Positions 41,254-51,662 of a stretch of DNA of 64,000 nucleotides are shown piece after piece. This DNA is from Gemmatales bacterium (GTDB taxonomy: Bacteria; Planctomycetota; Planctomycetia; Gemmatales; HRBIN36). Location of the stretch: positions 276,773-340,772 of the forward strand of contig JBEPZY010000003.1 of the NCBI GenBank assembly GCA_041640595.1. The letters are read 5' to 3'. A program made the translations under genes and the position numbers. The notes beneath the pieces were generated by a model. It did not search any database. It saw only the letters and a list, made by a program, of their open reading frames with translations, and was not told where the DNA came from. Within the stretch, counting starts at the first letter, position 1, and every line of letters starts with the position of its first letter.

Positions 41254-42294
41254 TTACGGGAAGAAGCGTTCGAGCTGTACCAGTCCGGTGTTGCTGCCCA
41301 GGTCCACGAAAGTGTCCGCTCCGAGTCCGCCATCCGCAATCATGCCCAGCTGGAAGTCGTTGAAGGCGAACTCGAGGGAATCGTTGCCCTCGCCCAGGTC
41401 CAAGATGACGCGGGCGTTGAAGAAGTTGAAATCACGCAGTCGGACGAAGTCGGCTCCGCGTCCGGTACTGATGGTGGTCTCACCGGCGACCTGGGTGTTT
41501 CCGATAGTAACGGTGTCATTGTCGGCACTGAAGAATCCCGGCGGCTGGGCTGTATTGATGCGCAGGGAGAAATCGAACTGCCCGCGAGCAATTTGCACGA
41601 AGTCGCTGCCGGCACTGCCACTGATAAACGCCTGACCCCGGACTTCGAGCTGGTTGAGGATGATCATATCGCTGCCATCACCGAGGTCGGCAAAAAAGTC
41701 CCCGCCAACGACGCTGCTGAGGATGCGAACCTGGTCATTTTGCTGGGCGGTGGTGAACATCAACGAACCGCGAATGACAGTGTTCTGGATGGTGAGAATG
41801 TCAAATCCCTGCCCGGTCAGAATGGTGACGTTGCGGTCAAACTGGAGCGTTGTCGCCGGGGCCCGAAGCAAGACGGTGTCGTTCTGGTTGCCGGTGTCAA
41901 TGAAGAAGTGGTTGTGGGCAATGATGTCCTCGATCAGGACACTATCGTTGCCGGTACCGGTGTTGATGAAAACCGGGGCGTTGAAGACGACCAGCCCGCC
42001 GCCGGGCGAGATTTGCAGGACGTCGTCGCCGCCACGCAGGTCAATGCTGATTTTGCTGACGCCGCCGGTGATGATGGTGATGGTGCTGAGGTGGCCATTG
42101 ATTTGCGTGGAAGTGTCGCCCGGTCGGATGATCAAACTAAAGGGATTGGGTTGAACGATCTGGATGCGGTTGCCGGCGTTGTCACCGATGACATTGAGTA
42201 CGCCGCTGTTGACATTAACCATAACATTGCCAGCGGGAACAGAGCGGGATTCGAGAAATTCCAGATGAAGGCGTGTGGAAAGAGATTGCGGCAT
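41254..42294 (-). CDS. Planctomycete extracellular beta-solenoid protein, divergent third paralog
   Basis: 'LHLEFLESRSVP' leader, 'IDLRGGDD', TG.G.D repeats and C-terminal 'ADGG.G.DTF...NTGL'. Confidence 0.85.
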   Translation of the reverse strand: MPQSLSTRLHLEFLESRSVPAGNVMVNVNSGVLNVIGDNAGNRIQIVQPNPFSLIIRPGDTSTQINGHLSTITIITGGVSKISIDLRGGDDVLQISPGGGLVVFNAPVFINTGTGNDSVLIEDIIAHNHFFIDTGNQNDTVLLRAPATTLQFDRNVTILTGQGFDILTIQNTVIRGSLMFTTAQQNDQVRILSSVVGGDFFADLGDGSDMIILNQLEVRGQAFISGSAGSDFVQIARGQFDFSLRINTAQPPGFFSADNDTVTIGNTQVAGETTISTGRGADFVRLRDFNFFNARVILDLGEGNDSLEFAFNDFQLGMIADGGLGADTFVDLGSNTGLVQLERFFP

Positions 42295-42499
42295 GGGTGC
42301 AGCTTCTCCTGTTGCAGCGTCTATGGCGGTTCGGCCAAGCCGTGGACGATGACCTGGTTCTTAGAGCGCATGCAGGGTGCCCAGGCAGTCCGTTCCCGCA
42401 AGGGTGTCGGGGCACGGCTCCGAGCCGGGCGAGTCCCTGTTCGGCCCGATACCAAGCCGAATTGCACCCCGCACTCTTCCCGTCCTGGCGATGGCATTG

Positions 42500-42527
42500 A
42501 TGATAGCAAAAGCAAAAACCGTGTCAA
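42500..42527 (-). promoter_or_regulatory. Sigma70-like promoter upstream of the third beta-solenoid gene
   Basis: Minus strand TTGACA-16 nt-TATCAT. Confidence 0.6.
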
Positions 42528-42895
42528 GTGCAAAACACAAAAATTTTGCGGAGATAGCGCAAAATGCACAAACCGATGCAACCACCGGTTGTAAAACGGC
42601 TTGCGGTGAACGTTGCGAGAAGCCCTTATTGGGAAACGGCATAACCGCGAGAAAATATGTCTTTTGTTCGGGTCGGATCGGGTTGGCAATCGGCTGAAAA
42701 CTTCGAGTCTGCGAGTAAAAACAGCCAGAGGCAGGCGCAGCTGAATACAGCTGCGCAGCGGAACTGCGGACGGGATAATTTTTGGATGGGCTGGAAGGAT
42801 TCACCCGCCAGCGCAAAGGTCAACCGCAAGCAATCCGCGGGGTGAGACGAACAGGACGCGCTAATTTCGTAAAGGATGTAAAGCAGTGAAAACGG

Positions 42896-43957
42896 TTAGT
42901 TCAGCTGGATGTCGCGGAGTTGTTCCCGGAGATAACGTGCGCGAGCCAGGTTCCGCTGTTCGGACTCCATTTCCTCACCGTGGAGCTTTTGCAGGTGGGC
43001 AGGCTGAGTGTGCAGGAGTAACTCATTGACCCGCTGCAGGCTCAGGTCGTCAATCAGCTGCAGAGCGACTCCCAGCCGGACGTTGGAGAGTAAGTCCAGG
43101 GTCTCCTCGGAACTCATCATGACGGCCGAGCGAAGTGTGCCCAGAGCGCGATGAATGCGGTCCTGCATCACGGAACGCATCTCGCGTAACAGAGCCCGGC
43201 GAGCCTGCCGCTCGTACTTGACAATCGCCGGCACCGTCTCGCGGATGGCCTGGAGGATGTCCTGCTCACTGCGGCCGAGTGTAACCTGATTGGAAATCTG
43301 GTAAAAGTCGCCGCTGGCCCGTGTGCCTTCACCATACAGTCCACGCACAACCAGGTTCATCTTCTGCAGAGCGCGGAAGACTTTTTCCAGTTGTTTGGTC
43401 AATCCGAGGGCGGGCAAATGCAAAAGCACGCTGGCCCGCATACCCGTACCGACATTGGTCGGGCAGGCAGTCAGGTAACCGAATTCATCGCTGAAAGCGT
43501 AGCAGACGCGCTCACCCAGTGCGTCATCGAGTCGGTCCATCTCCTGCCAGGCTTCGTCAAGCTGGAAACCGGAGCGGATGACCTGAAGGCGGAGATGGTC
43601 TTCCTCGTTGACCATAATGGCGGCGGCTTCGGTTTCGCCGATGGCTACACCGCGGTGACCGTTGGCGTTGGCATGTTCCCGGCTGATGAGCTGGCGTTCC
43701 ACCAGAAACTGGCGGTCGAGCTCAGGGAGCTTGTGAACCGCGAAGTAGGTGAACTGCCAGACGGGATCAAGCTGCTGGATACGTTCGCGGAGCAGGCTTT
43801 CGATCTCGCCTCGCTGTAATGGGCTGGCGCGATTGGGGAAAGGATAATCGGCGAGATTGCGCGCCAGGCGAATCCGCGTGGAAACAACAATATCCGCCTC
43901 GGGGCCGACTCCCCGTAACCATTCTCCGGTACGCAGCAAAAGGTCGTTGAGAGTCAT
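42896..43957 (-). CDS. mcsB: Protein arginine kinase McsB
   Basis: STRIRLARN, LVERQLIS, NEEDHLR, GYLTACPTNVGTGMRAS, RGLYGEG, QISNQVTLG. Confidence 0.96.
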   Translation of the reverse strand: MTLNDLLLRTGEWLRGVGPEADIVVSTRIRLARNLADYPFPNRASPLQRGEIESLLRERIQQLDPVWQFTYFAVHKLPELDRQFLVERQLISREHANANGHRGVAIGETEAAAIMVNEEDHLRLQVIRSGFQLDEAWQEMDRLDDALGERVCYAFSDEFGYLTACPTNVGTGMRASVLLHLPALGLTKQLEKVFRALQKMNLVVRGLYGEGTRASGDFYQISNQVTLGRSEQDILQAIRETVPAIVKYERQARRALLREMRSVMQDRIHRALGTLRSAVMMSSEETLDLLSNVRLGVALQLIDDLSLQRVNELLLHTQPAHLQKLHGEEMESEQRNLARARYLREQLRDIQLN

Positions 43958-44445
43958 TGTTGGAATCCGTGGCGACGTAACCAGTCCCGCAAATGTGCAG
44001 CGCGTTCGTAATCTTCGTCCAGCACGGCCTGGTTCAGTTGCTGGCGAGCGGTGAGGACCTGGCAAAGCCGTTCCTGGTCTTCCGGACGTCTGGTGGGCAC
44101 CTTGCCGCGATGGCTCGTCCGTCGGTGCAGCCGTTCCAGCAACGGGAGCAATCCCTTGCGGAAGGCCAGGTAATCGTAGGGGCAACCGAGCCGGCCCTGG
44201 TGGCGAAATTCCATAAAGCCTATGCCACAGGCCGGGCATCGCAGCCGCGCCAGTTCCTCCACGATCGGCCCGACATGGGCTCCCAGTAAAGTCTGCACGA
44301 TGGCGGGCAAGTGAAGCTGCTTTTTCTTGAGCACCTGCATTTTTTCCGCACAGGCCGGGCACAGGTGGAGTTCTTTCTTGACCCCGCCCGGCTCGACGTT
44401 GGTCAGGTGCACGGTAGCAGTTTGCTCACAGTAAAAGCATTTCAT
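43954..44445 (-). CDS. mcsA: McsA-like activator (CxxC + UVR domain), paralog 1
   Basis: C..C, HLC..CA, CP.CG, GRLGC..DY, H.GK.P and EDYERAA.LRD. Confidence 0.88.
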   Translation of the reverse strand: MKCFYCEQTATVHLTNVEPGGVKKELHLCPACAEKMQVLKKKQLHLPAIVQTLLGAHVGPIVEELARLRCPACGIGFMEFRHQGRLGCPYDYLAFRKGLLPLLERLHRRTSHRGKVPTRRPEDQERLCQVLTARQQLNQAVLDEDYERAAHLRDWLRRHGFQQ

Positions 44446-44581
44446 GCCAGGATCGCCTGTCGGCAGGCACAGCAGCCAGGCCCGAAAACCACCGGGCTGA
44501 TGCCCGACATTTCCTGTATTCGAGGCAGACCGTAAAGGCCCCAGAGCCCAATCGGGGCCAGACCGACGCCAGCCGGTGCGG

Positions 44582-45058
44582 TTAGCCTCCCAGTTCGCGG
44601 ATACGGTCGCGCAAGCGAGCGGCTTCTTCGTAGCGTTCGGCGTTGATGAGTTCCTGAAGTTCGCGGCGCAATCGAGCAATTTCTTGCCGGAGTTGTCGGG
44701 CTTTGTCTTGCCGGGCCGGCATCTTGCCGGTGTGTTTCAGGTCGCCGTGGATGCTCTCCAGAAGCGGTTGCAATTGTTCGCGAAAATGCTCGTAATCGCT
44801 GGGGCAGCCCAGCCGGCCGGTGTTGCGGAAATCTTTCAGCGTTATGCCACACTCCGGGCAGCGCACCTGTTCCCATACTTCGAGCAATTGCCCTTCGACG
44901 CTGGAGCTAAAACCAGCCGGCATCTGCGTGCCAGGGATCGGCTGGGCAAGATATTCCTGGCCGTGCTCCTCACACAGGTGCACTTCCTCGATCCGGCCCT
45001 GATCGAGTATCTCCGTGATGTGAAACACCGCCCGTTTGTTACAGCGATCACATTTCAT
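44582..45058 (-). CDS. mcsA: McsA-like activator, paralog 2
   Basis: CDRC, HLCEEH, CPECG, GRLGCPSDY, HTGKMP and ERYEEAARLRD. Confidence 0.9.
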   Translation of the reverse strand: MKCDRCNKRAVFHITEILDQGRIEEVHLCEEHGQEYLAQPIPGTQMPAGFSSSVEGQLLEVWEQVRCPECGITLKDFRNTGRLGCPSDYEHFREQLQPLLESIHGDLKHTGKMPARQDKARQLRQEIARLRRELQELINAERYEEAARLRDRIRELGG

Positions 45059-45127
45059 GGCTGACTGCCGCCAATGCTGTTGAGAACCGCCATCGCCCGT
45101 TGGGCTTGATTCAGGCCGTCCGTTGGC

Positions 45128-45155
45128 ATTGTAACAGCCATCGGCTGCCTGTCAA
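45128..45155 (-). promoter_or_regulatory. Sigma70-like promoter of the mcsA-mcsA-mcsB unit
   Basis: Minus strand TTGACA-16 nt-TACAAT. Confidence 0.65.
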
Positions 45156-45178
45156 GCAAACCCGCCAGACCAGGACGT

Positions 45179-45418
45179 TCACGGTGGATCATACCCGCCC
45201 GGCGACCAGGGATGGCAGCGTAAAATCCGCCAGCTCCCTTTCAAGACGCCCCGCCACACCCCGTATTTGCGAACCGCCAGCACCATGTATTCACTGCAAC
45301 TGGGCTGAAACCGACAGCACGGCCCAAACAGCAACAGCAGCACCGGCCGCAACGTCCACCGGTAGGCATACACCAGGCCCACCACGATCATTTCCCCCAG
45401 GCGGCTCAGCCACGCCAT
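45179..45418 (-). CDS. yidD: Membrane protein insertion efficiency factor
   Basis: [10 protein letters not shown]...A...YG...G...[13 protein letters not shown]. Confidence 0.93.
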   Translation of the reverse strand: MAWLSRLGEMIVVGLVYAYRWTLRPVLLLLFGPCCRFQPSCSEYMVLAVRKYGVWRGVLKGSWRILRCHPWSPGGYDPP

Positions 45419-46068
45419 GAATTCTCCACCCTCGCAAATCGAACCGGCCCACCGATAACCGGCACCTCTGTCGCTCCGCCACAAGGATTCTACGCCGCCG
45501 ATGCCCGAACCATGTTCGATCGGCACATTGCTAACGTTGGGCTATTTTGATGGAATGCGTGTTCCCCGTTCTTCCAAACGAACCATGCTTGACCTGCACA
45601 TCTCAATGTCTGGGCTAAAGGGCGCCCACGCAAATGCGTGTTCTTCCAAGCGAGCCATGTCCGATCGGCACATGGTTGCCGTGTGGATGACGGTTATTTT
45701 CGCCGGCTCGACGTCCGGAAAGGCCGGACCGCAAGCGCGATCATCCCCACACAGGATCGCCACCACATCTGGGAATTTGCGAGTAGCCCAGTGTGGTCGT
45801 ATCGCCGGGTTGCAATCTCACCGATTCGCTGCGCGTCTGGGGAGCTGCCAGCAGCCTGTTGTGATCGCGTGGTCAGGTTTCCATCCGATCTGATCGGCGC
45901 CGCGTCTGGTGCTGGGCAAAACGCCATTACTATCAGCACGCAGGTTCCATCCGACTGATCGGCGCGGTGTCTGGGAATCTGGCAATGCCCGGCTACAATG
46001 GCAGCAGTGATGGCTCCGATAGCAGGAGCGGATTGGCCGCGAGGGTCTGGCATTCCAAGGAGTAAGCC

Positions 46069-47019
46069 ATGCGACTATGCCGTTATCAGCACGCCGGCCG
46101 GGTTCGTGTGGGTCTGTACAGCGAGCAAGGTGTGGTGGACCTGCAAACAGCGGCGGAGCATTGCGGTCTGAAACTTCGCGTGGAGACGGACGATCTGCTG
46201 ACCTGGCTGCCACCGGAAGGCCCTGGCTTCGCCACCGCCGCAACCGTTGCCGCAGAGTGGGCCAAACTGCCTCCCAACCAGCAGGAGCGTCTTCGCCTGC
46301 CGCTGCGGGAAATCAAACTCCTGGTACCCGTGCCACGCCCGAATAAAGTGATCCTGCTGGCGGGCAACTACGCCGAACATGTCGTCGAAGGCGGCGGTCA
46401 GGCTCCCGAACGACGCGACACCTTCCCATACTTCTTCTGGAAACCGCCCAGCACGACGCTGATTGCCACCGGTGAGCCGATCCTGCTGCCCAAAGTTTCT
46501 CCCGACCATGTGGACTGGGAAATCGAGTTAGGCGTGGTGATCGGCAAGCGGTGTCGGCATGTCTCCGAATCGGAAGCGCTGGCATACGTGGCCGGCTACA
46601 CGATTTGCAATGATGTTTCCGACCGACGGTTCCGCCTCAATCCCCAGCGCAAACCACGCGAGAAGGATAGCTTTTTCGACTGGCTGCACGGCAAGTGGCA
46701 CGATACGTTTCTGCCGTGTGGGCCGTGCATTCGCTCTGCCCATGTTACGCCCGACCCGCAAAAATTACGCCTGCGTCTGCGTGTCAATGGCCAGACCATG
46801 CAGGACGCCTGCACCGGTCAGATGATTTTTCCGGTCGCGTCGCTGATTGCCACTTTGTCCAGTTTCATGACACTGGAGCCGGGCGACATCATATCTACCG
46901 GCACGCCGGCCGGTGTCGGTGCTGCTCGCAAACCCCCGGTATTTCTGCGAGCCGGCGACATCGTCGAATGCGAAATCGAAGGCATCGGCCTGCTGCGCAA
47001 CTCCGTCTCCCGCGAATAA
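46069..47019 (+). CDS. Fumarylacetoacetate hydrolase family protein
   Basis: GNYAEH, DWEIELGVVIG, NDVS.R, GK..DTF.P.GP and PGDII.TGTP.GVG. Confidence 0.93.
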   Translation: MRLCRYQHAGRVRVGLYSEQGVVDLQTAAEHCGLKLRVETDDLLTWLPPEGPGFATAATVAAEWAKLPPNQQERLRLPLREIKLLVPVPRPNKVILLAGNYAEHVVEGGGQAPERRDTFPYFFWKPPSTTLIATGEPILLPKVSPDHVDWEIELGVVIGKRCRHVSESEALAYVAGYTICNDVSDRRFRLNPQRKPREKDSFFDWLHGKWHDTFLPCGPCIRSAHVTPDPQKLRLRLRVNGQTMQDACTGQMIFPVASLIATLSSFMTLEPGDIISTGTPAGVGAARKPPVFLRAGDIVECEIEGIGLLRNSVSRE

Positions 47020-47091
47020 CGGCCACCACGCCGCGACAACCGCCTGACAACCAGGACCGGCCGGCGTAAGCCCGCTGCGGTTGGACTGTTT

Positions 47092-50000
47092 CTACATCTC
47101 TACTGGTGCAGTGAGTTTGCACTTCTTCAGGTCAACACGCCATGTCCGGGTTTCGAGAGCGTCATCAGGAATTGTGTCATACCGCGTGATACGGACTCGG
47201 CTGGGATCCCTCTCTGCCAGGTGCTCAACGTTCCAAAGTTCCCAGCGGTATTCTTGCTGACCTAAATACTCCTTATACTCCGGTTGCGTGAGTTCCACGA
47301 TTGTTGCGCGACCGCTATGCGCCTTGACTTCAACACGAAGTTCCTGGCCGTTCTTCGTTGCTCGAAGGTCAAAACCGGGATTCTCTAGGGGCATTTCCTC
47401 GACTTGATAGCCCATTTTCTCCAGTTGGCGCTTCACAATGATTCTGCCCGCCTTTTCCAACTCGGCCTTGTCTGCATCCGTCAGCGAACGGCCTCCCGAC
47501 CACGTTCCCACCGCTCCAGTACCGCCACCACCGATGTCGGCGCTTTCGCCGTGTGGGCTGACAAAATCATAGTTAGTCTTGGTTGGATCTTTCAGACGCA
47601 GTGGTTGCTCATCTCTCTCCTGTGGTTCCGCTTCTGAACGGCTCTCCACCGAAGTGTCGCCCGCTTGCCTTATGGAGGCTTGTTCCCGGTAATGCCCCTG
47701 GGTGTCGTCACCCACAGGCGTTTGTGACGTCCCGCTCTCTTGCTGGCCCTCTATCTGCGTCTGGGGACTCTCATCTTGTTCCTCCTGATCGGACTGTCGT
47801 GAGTACTCACGGAGGCACTTGTCTATTTCGGCATCCGCCATACCTTCACTCAGAAGCTTCTCTTTTCGCTGACGGTCATCAGCACAGCGAAGAAGATTCT
47901 CGTAGAAATCCGCCTCTTTCCGTACATCAAGTGCTTTCGTCAGCGCCCGCGCCAACTCAGCCTCGTTCTGGCGGTCTTTATGCAGGTAGATTGTGTCGCC
48001 CTCAACGTGCCAGCGTCGTTCGACCTCGTGATGCACGCCAGCCAAAGACAGCCTCGCTTTCAGGGTGGGCACGACCAGCACCTTCAAACGCTTCAGGCGA
48101 GCTGATAACCGTTCGGCGCTCTCCTGCTTGATCTCCGAGGACCTCCAGGCATACACATAAGGCAAAGACCTCGTGAACTTATCTTTCAGGTCGCCTGACA
48201 ACTGCGACTGCGGTTCCCCTGGTATGACATCCACGTTGACAGACTGCAATAGAGACAGAACACCGAAGTATTTCACGGCATCAGAGTGCAGTCGCGCAGG
48301 GATATGAAAGAGCCAGACGTCCTCAGCAAATGCTGTCGCAAGGCCGTTATCATCGTTCAGGTATCTTGGTTCGTTAGATACGTATTTCCAGTCGTTGCCC
48401 TTTCGGCAAAGGAGGGGGCAAGATTTGAAATCCTCATCTTTGATGTCCTCCTTTTCTGCTACAGTCTCCAGGCACGCCTCATACCATTTCATGACTTTGT
48501 ACCGAAGCTCTTCGTCAGACGCAAGGCGTTCGGCAGGGGCCTTACCGGGGATGCGCGTGGACAGGAGTTGCTTCCATTCTTCTACAGTCAGTTGTTCCAT
48601 TCGCGTGCGAAGGCCGACGGCACTGACAAGCCAGTCGCGGACAACCTCCTTGTCGTCTCCGAAAGCCTCAAGGTTAACGACGGGCAGAAGATCCCCTATG
48701 GCGCGTTCGGTTCGCCCATCGGGCAGCCAGCAATCAATAAGGGCTGCCGATGCTGACCCGCTTCTCGTCCTCGGTCGAACCATGTATAAGATTTGGAACC
48801 ACCAGAATGCACGAACAGACTGTTCCCGGTGGTAGTAGTAGAACCATGTCACTTTCGCTTGGGATCGCACCTTGTAGTAATCATCCCAGTGCTTTGCAAG
48901 CAACGTGAGTAAGGCGCAGACTTGAGTGTCGTTGAGCTTTTCAATAGTGACGGCTTCAAGACGACCAACGGCGTCCACGGTCGGGGTGCGCCAGCCTGTG
49001 TCTGGGAAAGTCTTTCGCCATCCACCGCACTCGACGGGCAATTGGTTCGCAGGAATTCCGTTTCCGTTGGACCCACAATTTTTTACGACACGCGGATAAG
49101 CGGCGCACCCGAGCCATTCGAGAACTGGGAGCTCTCTTTCCGCATCGCCGCTTATGCACTGCACCCAAGCAATGCCATCTTGGCCTTCATATAGCGCCTC
49201 AACTAGGTCGTTGTTCCATTCGATCCCGAAATAAGCCTTCTCAGCCTCGGCCCAAGTTCCACCTCTGACGGGCACGGGACACCGCCTCAGCTCTGCGGAA
49301 GGGAGCGTCGTCTCGTGCCAATCTTGCTGCAGGATGAAACGCAGGAATTGCCCCGGGTCGCCCTGTTTGTCCTTCCAGTACTGGTCAATCGCTTTGCCAA
49401 CGGCGCGCTGGACAACATCTGCGCCCGGTTCTTTGATCTCCAACTCCTCGCTCACTCTCTTGACCGTGGACTTTTCCTTGGCCTCCTTTTGGATGCGATC
49501 GCGGAACCAGTCGTCCACGAAGGTCAGCGGCAACCAATCGGGCAGGTTCCCCACCCCAGCATTCGGTTTCCAGGTCACGATACGCCCTGCAAGGTCTGAA
49601 ACCTTCAACAAACTGCCATCAATAGGCACTATGGGCAGCGCTTTCACGCTCTCGATTCGCTTCCGGTGTTCCTCGCTGTAAGGCGGCTTGCTGGCTACCC
49701 AATCCGCAAGCCATTCCCAGCAAGCCCACACCAAACCTGGGTTGGTGGCGAGTGAAACCGCGTTTTGAGCGATGACCTCCATCAGGTCTCGATCGTGGAT
49801 CTCCTTACAATCCAACGCCCTGAGTGCGTTCCGTGCTTCTTGGTCCGTGTCGAACGAACAATGCAACAATTGCCCTCCAAAGCTCGTAGCTTCGAGCAAG
49901 GTGCGCGCCAGGTCATGGCGGACGGTGACCGAAATTAATCTCGCCTCGCCAAGAGTCAGGCGCTGCTGACCTTCGATGTCTGCGAGTCGCAGGTCTGTCT

Positions 50001-51180
50001 TTGCCTTTTCAGCTATGCGTTGCCAGAGGGCATTGGCGACGGGATGAGACTCTCTGTCCTGGAAAGGTACAAGCAGGGCGGCATGACTGCTCGGCGCTTT
50101 TGTGTCGTAAGAGTCATTCACAAACTTGCAGACATGGTCGGCGAGTCTGTCGGCAACCCACGCGTTGAAGCGATTGCTTTCTATCGGTATGACGGCAGTA
50201 CGGTCGCTTTTAACAAGGAACTCGGCGTGAAGGAGCAGACGCACAGGACCTATTTGCTCTGTCGGATAGAAAACGTGAACGGGAAGGTAATCCTCCGTAG
50301 GTTTGACACAATCGTTTTCAAGCGGAGCAGCAATAATGAAACTGACCCCATCCTCAGAGACGGCTCGCCGCTCATTTGGCCCCAAAAGCTTCAGCAGGTC
50401 CTCGGGAGGGTGCTCTGTATGTTTTGCGACACGCCACCCGACTGGGGTCTGTCCCCGGCTGTCGCGCAGCAACCAAGTACCTTGCTCGCGGTTCCGGATA
50501 ACCTCTACCTCTAGTCCTGGAGCAGTGATTTTCCGAAGATGGCGGAAGGCAAAGAGCGCGTGAGGTGGCCAGTTCTTCAGCAGTTGTTCCACCTCCGTTA
50601 TCTTTTCCGGAGAAAGGCCGGGCAGCTTGACAACCGTTTTGAAGCCCTTCGCCTTGAAATCGTCAAGATGAGGGTCTTGTGCTCGGGCATCACTCCACGC
50701 GATGAAAAACGGAATCCATTGGTAGGGCACGTGTTCCCCGCCCAGGTCGTTGTCTTGCAGCCACCGCACGCTTTTGTCAGGACTGAACTCTATGCCCTCG
50801 CCGTCCACGGTAAGCACCTGGGGATTCCGGGAGACCTCGTACACCGATTTGAATCCTACGCCTTTGCGGCCGATCGCGCCCCCAGTCTTGTCTGAGAAAT
50901 CAGTGCCGCAAATAGCGCCCACGGATTCGGGTTTGAAGCCTTGACCGTTGTCGGCCACATAGACAGCGTCGTTCTTGACCGAAACAAGAACCTCCGTGGC
51001 CTGTGCATCATCGCTATTTTGCAACAGCTCGAAGAGCCATCGCCCCGTGTGGTCGCCCGTGGCGCGCTCTGCGGCCCGCGCGTCGCGAACTATCCGCTCT
51101 GGGTCGGCTTTGTAGACTTTTAAGGTTTTCTTCTTGTATTGTTCAATAGCTGCTTCTAAATGGCCTTTTTTCTTGTGCAT
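47092..51180 (-). CDS. Sacsin-like GHKL ATPase with C-terminal DUF3883 (NO VEIN-type) nuclease-like domain
   Basis: ELLQNSDDA, DNG.GF, IGRKGVGFKSV; C-terminal 'E..G......L...GY......NPGFDL......VEVKA...ELT..EY'; lower GC than flanks. Confidence 0.85.
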   Translation of the reverse strand: MHKKKGHLEAAIEQYKKKTLKVYKADPERIVRDARAAERATGDHTGRWLFELLQNSDDAQATEVLVSVKNDAVYVADNGQGFKPESVGAICGTDFSDKTGGAIGRKGVGFKSVYEVSRNPQVLTVDGEGIEFSPDKSVRWLQDNDLGGEHVPYQWIPFFIAWSDARAQDPHLDDFKAKGFKTVVKLPGLSPEKITEVEQLLKNWPPHALFAFRHLRKITAPGLEVEVIRNREQGTWLLRDSRGQTPVGWRVAKHTEHPPEDLLKLLGPNERRAVSEDGVSFIIAAPLENDCVKPTEDYLPVHVFYPTEQIGPVRLLLHAEFLVKSDRTAVIPIESNRFNAWVADRLADHVCKFVNDSYDTKAPSSHAALLVPFQDRESHPVANALWQRIAEKAKTDLRLADIEGQQRLTLGEARLISVTVRHDLARTLLEATSFGGQLLHCSFDTDQEARNALRALDCKEIHDRDLMEVIAQNAVSLATNPGLVWACWEWLADWVASKPPYSEEHRKRIESVKALPIVPIDGSLLKVSDLAGRIVTWKPNAGVGNLPDWLPLTFVDDWFRDRIQKEAKEKSTVKRVSEELEIKEPGADVVQRAVGKAIDQYWKDKQGDPGQFLRFILQQDWHETTLPSAELRRCPVPVRGGTWAEAEKAYFGIEWNNDLVEALYEGQDGIAWVQCISGDAERELPVLEWLGCAAYPRVVKNCGSNGNGIPANQLPVECGGWRKTFPDTGWRTPTVDAVGRLEAVTIEKLNDTQVCALLTLLAKHWDDYYKVRSQAKVTWFYYYHREQSVRAFWWFQILYMVRPRTRSGSASAALIDCWLPDGRTERAIGDLLPVVNLEAFGDDKEVVRDWLVSAVGLRTRMEQLTVEEWKQLLSTRIPGKAPAERLASDEELRYKVMKWYEACLETVAEKEDIKDEDFKSCPLLCRKGNDWKYVSNEPRYLNDDNGLATAFAEDVWLFHIPARLHSDAVKYFGVLSLLQSVNVDVIPGEPQSQLSGDLKDKFTRSLPYVYAWRSSEIKQESAERLSARLKRLKVLVVPTLKARLSLAGVHHEVERRWHVEGDTIYLHKDRQNEAELARALTKALDVRKEADFYENLLRCADDRQRKEKLLSEGMADAEIDKCLREYSRQSDQEEQDESPQTQIEGQQESGTSQTPVGDDTQGHYREQASIRQAGDTSVESRSEAEPQERDEQPLRLKDPTKTNYDFVSPHGESADIGGGGTGAVGTWSGGRSLTDADKAELEKAGRIIVKRQLEKMGYQVEEMPLENPGFDLRATKNGQELRVEVKAHSGRATIVELTQPEYKEYLGQQEYRWELWNVEHLAERDPSRVRITRYDTIPDDALETRTWRVDLKKCKLTAPVEM

Positions 51181-51662
51181 AAGTGCTTATTGTATGGTCT
51201 CCACCTAACACCTGTGCCCATTTCCATTGGCATAATACGCTTCGGCGGATGAAGTGCTAAGTTCTTCGGTTTCGCCGTGCCTCCTATGTCTTCAAGCATG
51301 GTCGCCATGTTTGGTGGTTTCCATCTAACCTGCGTAGTGCACAACGCATCGCCCGGACTTTACCTTTAGCGTAGGGTAACCTCCAGGTTCACTCGTTAGC
51401 CAGAAACCACTTTGCCACCTCAACGGATCGTCTGAGTCACATTCGAGAATTGGCTGTGCGAGTCTATCACTGGTTAGCTAACAGGCGTTTCGCCACCTCG
51501 ACTCACCCTCGACCTCCCCCGCCCCGGAAGTTTCTGCCTTTTTCGAGAACGTGCTCAGAAAACCTGCTACTCATCCTCGACTTCACTGTTCCCTCGCCGC
51601 TGCTTGGTTGCCAGTCGGCCGTCACGGTGCGGCAACGTTCACCCTTGCCGGTGCGTATCGAA

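Noticed and set aside
47040..51410. Integron cassette reading of the sacsin-like gene (GTTAGGT before the start, GTCCAAC after the stop)
   Set aside because: The two boxes are not complementary beyond the core triplet, there is no convincing attC hairpin, and no intI is present.
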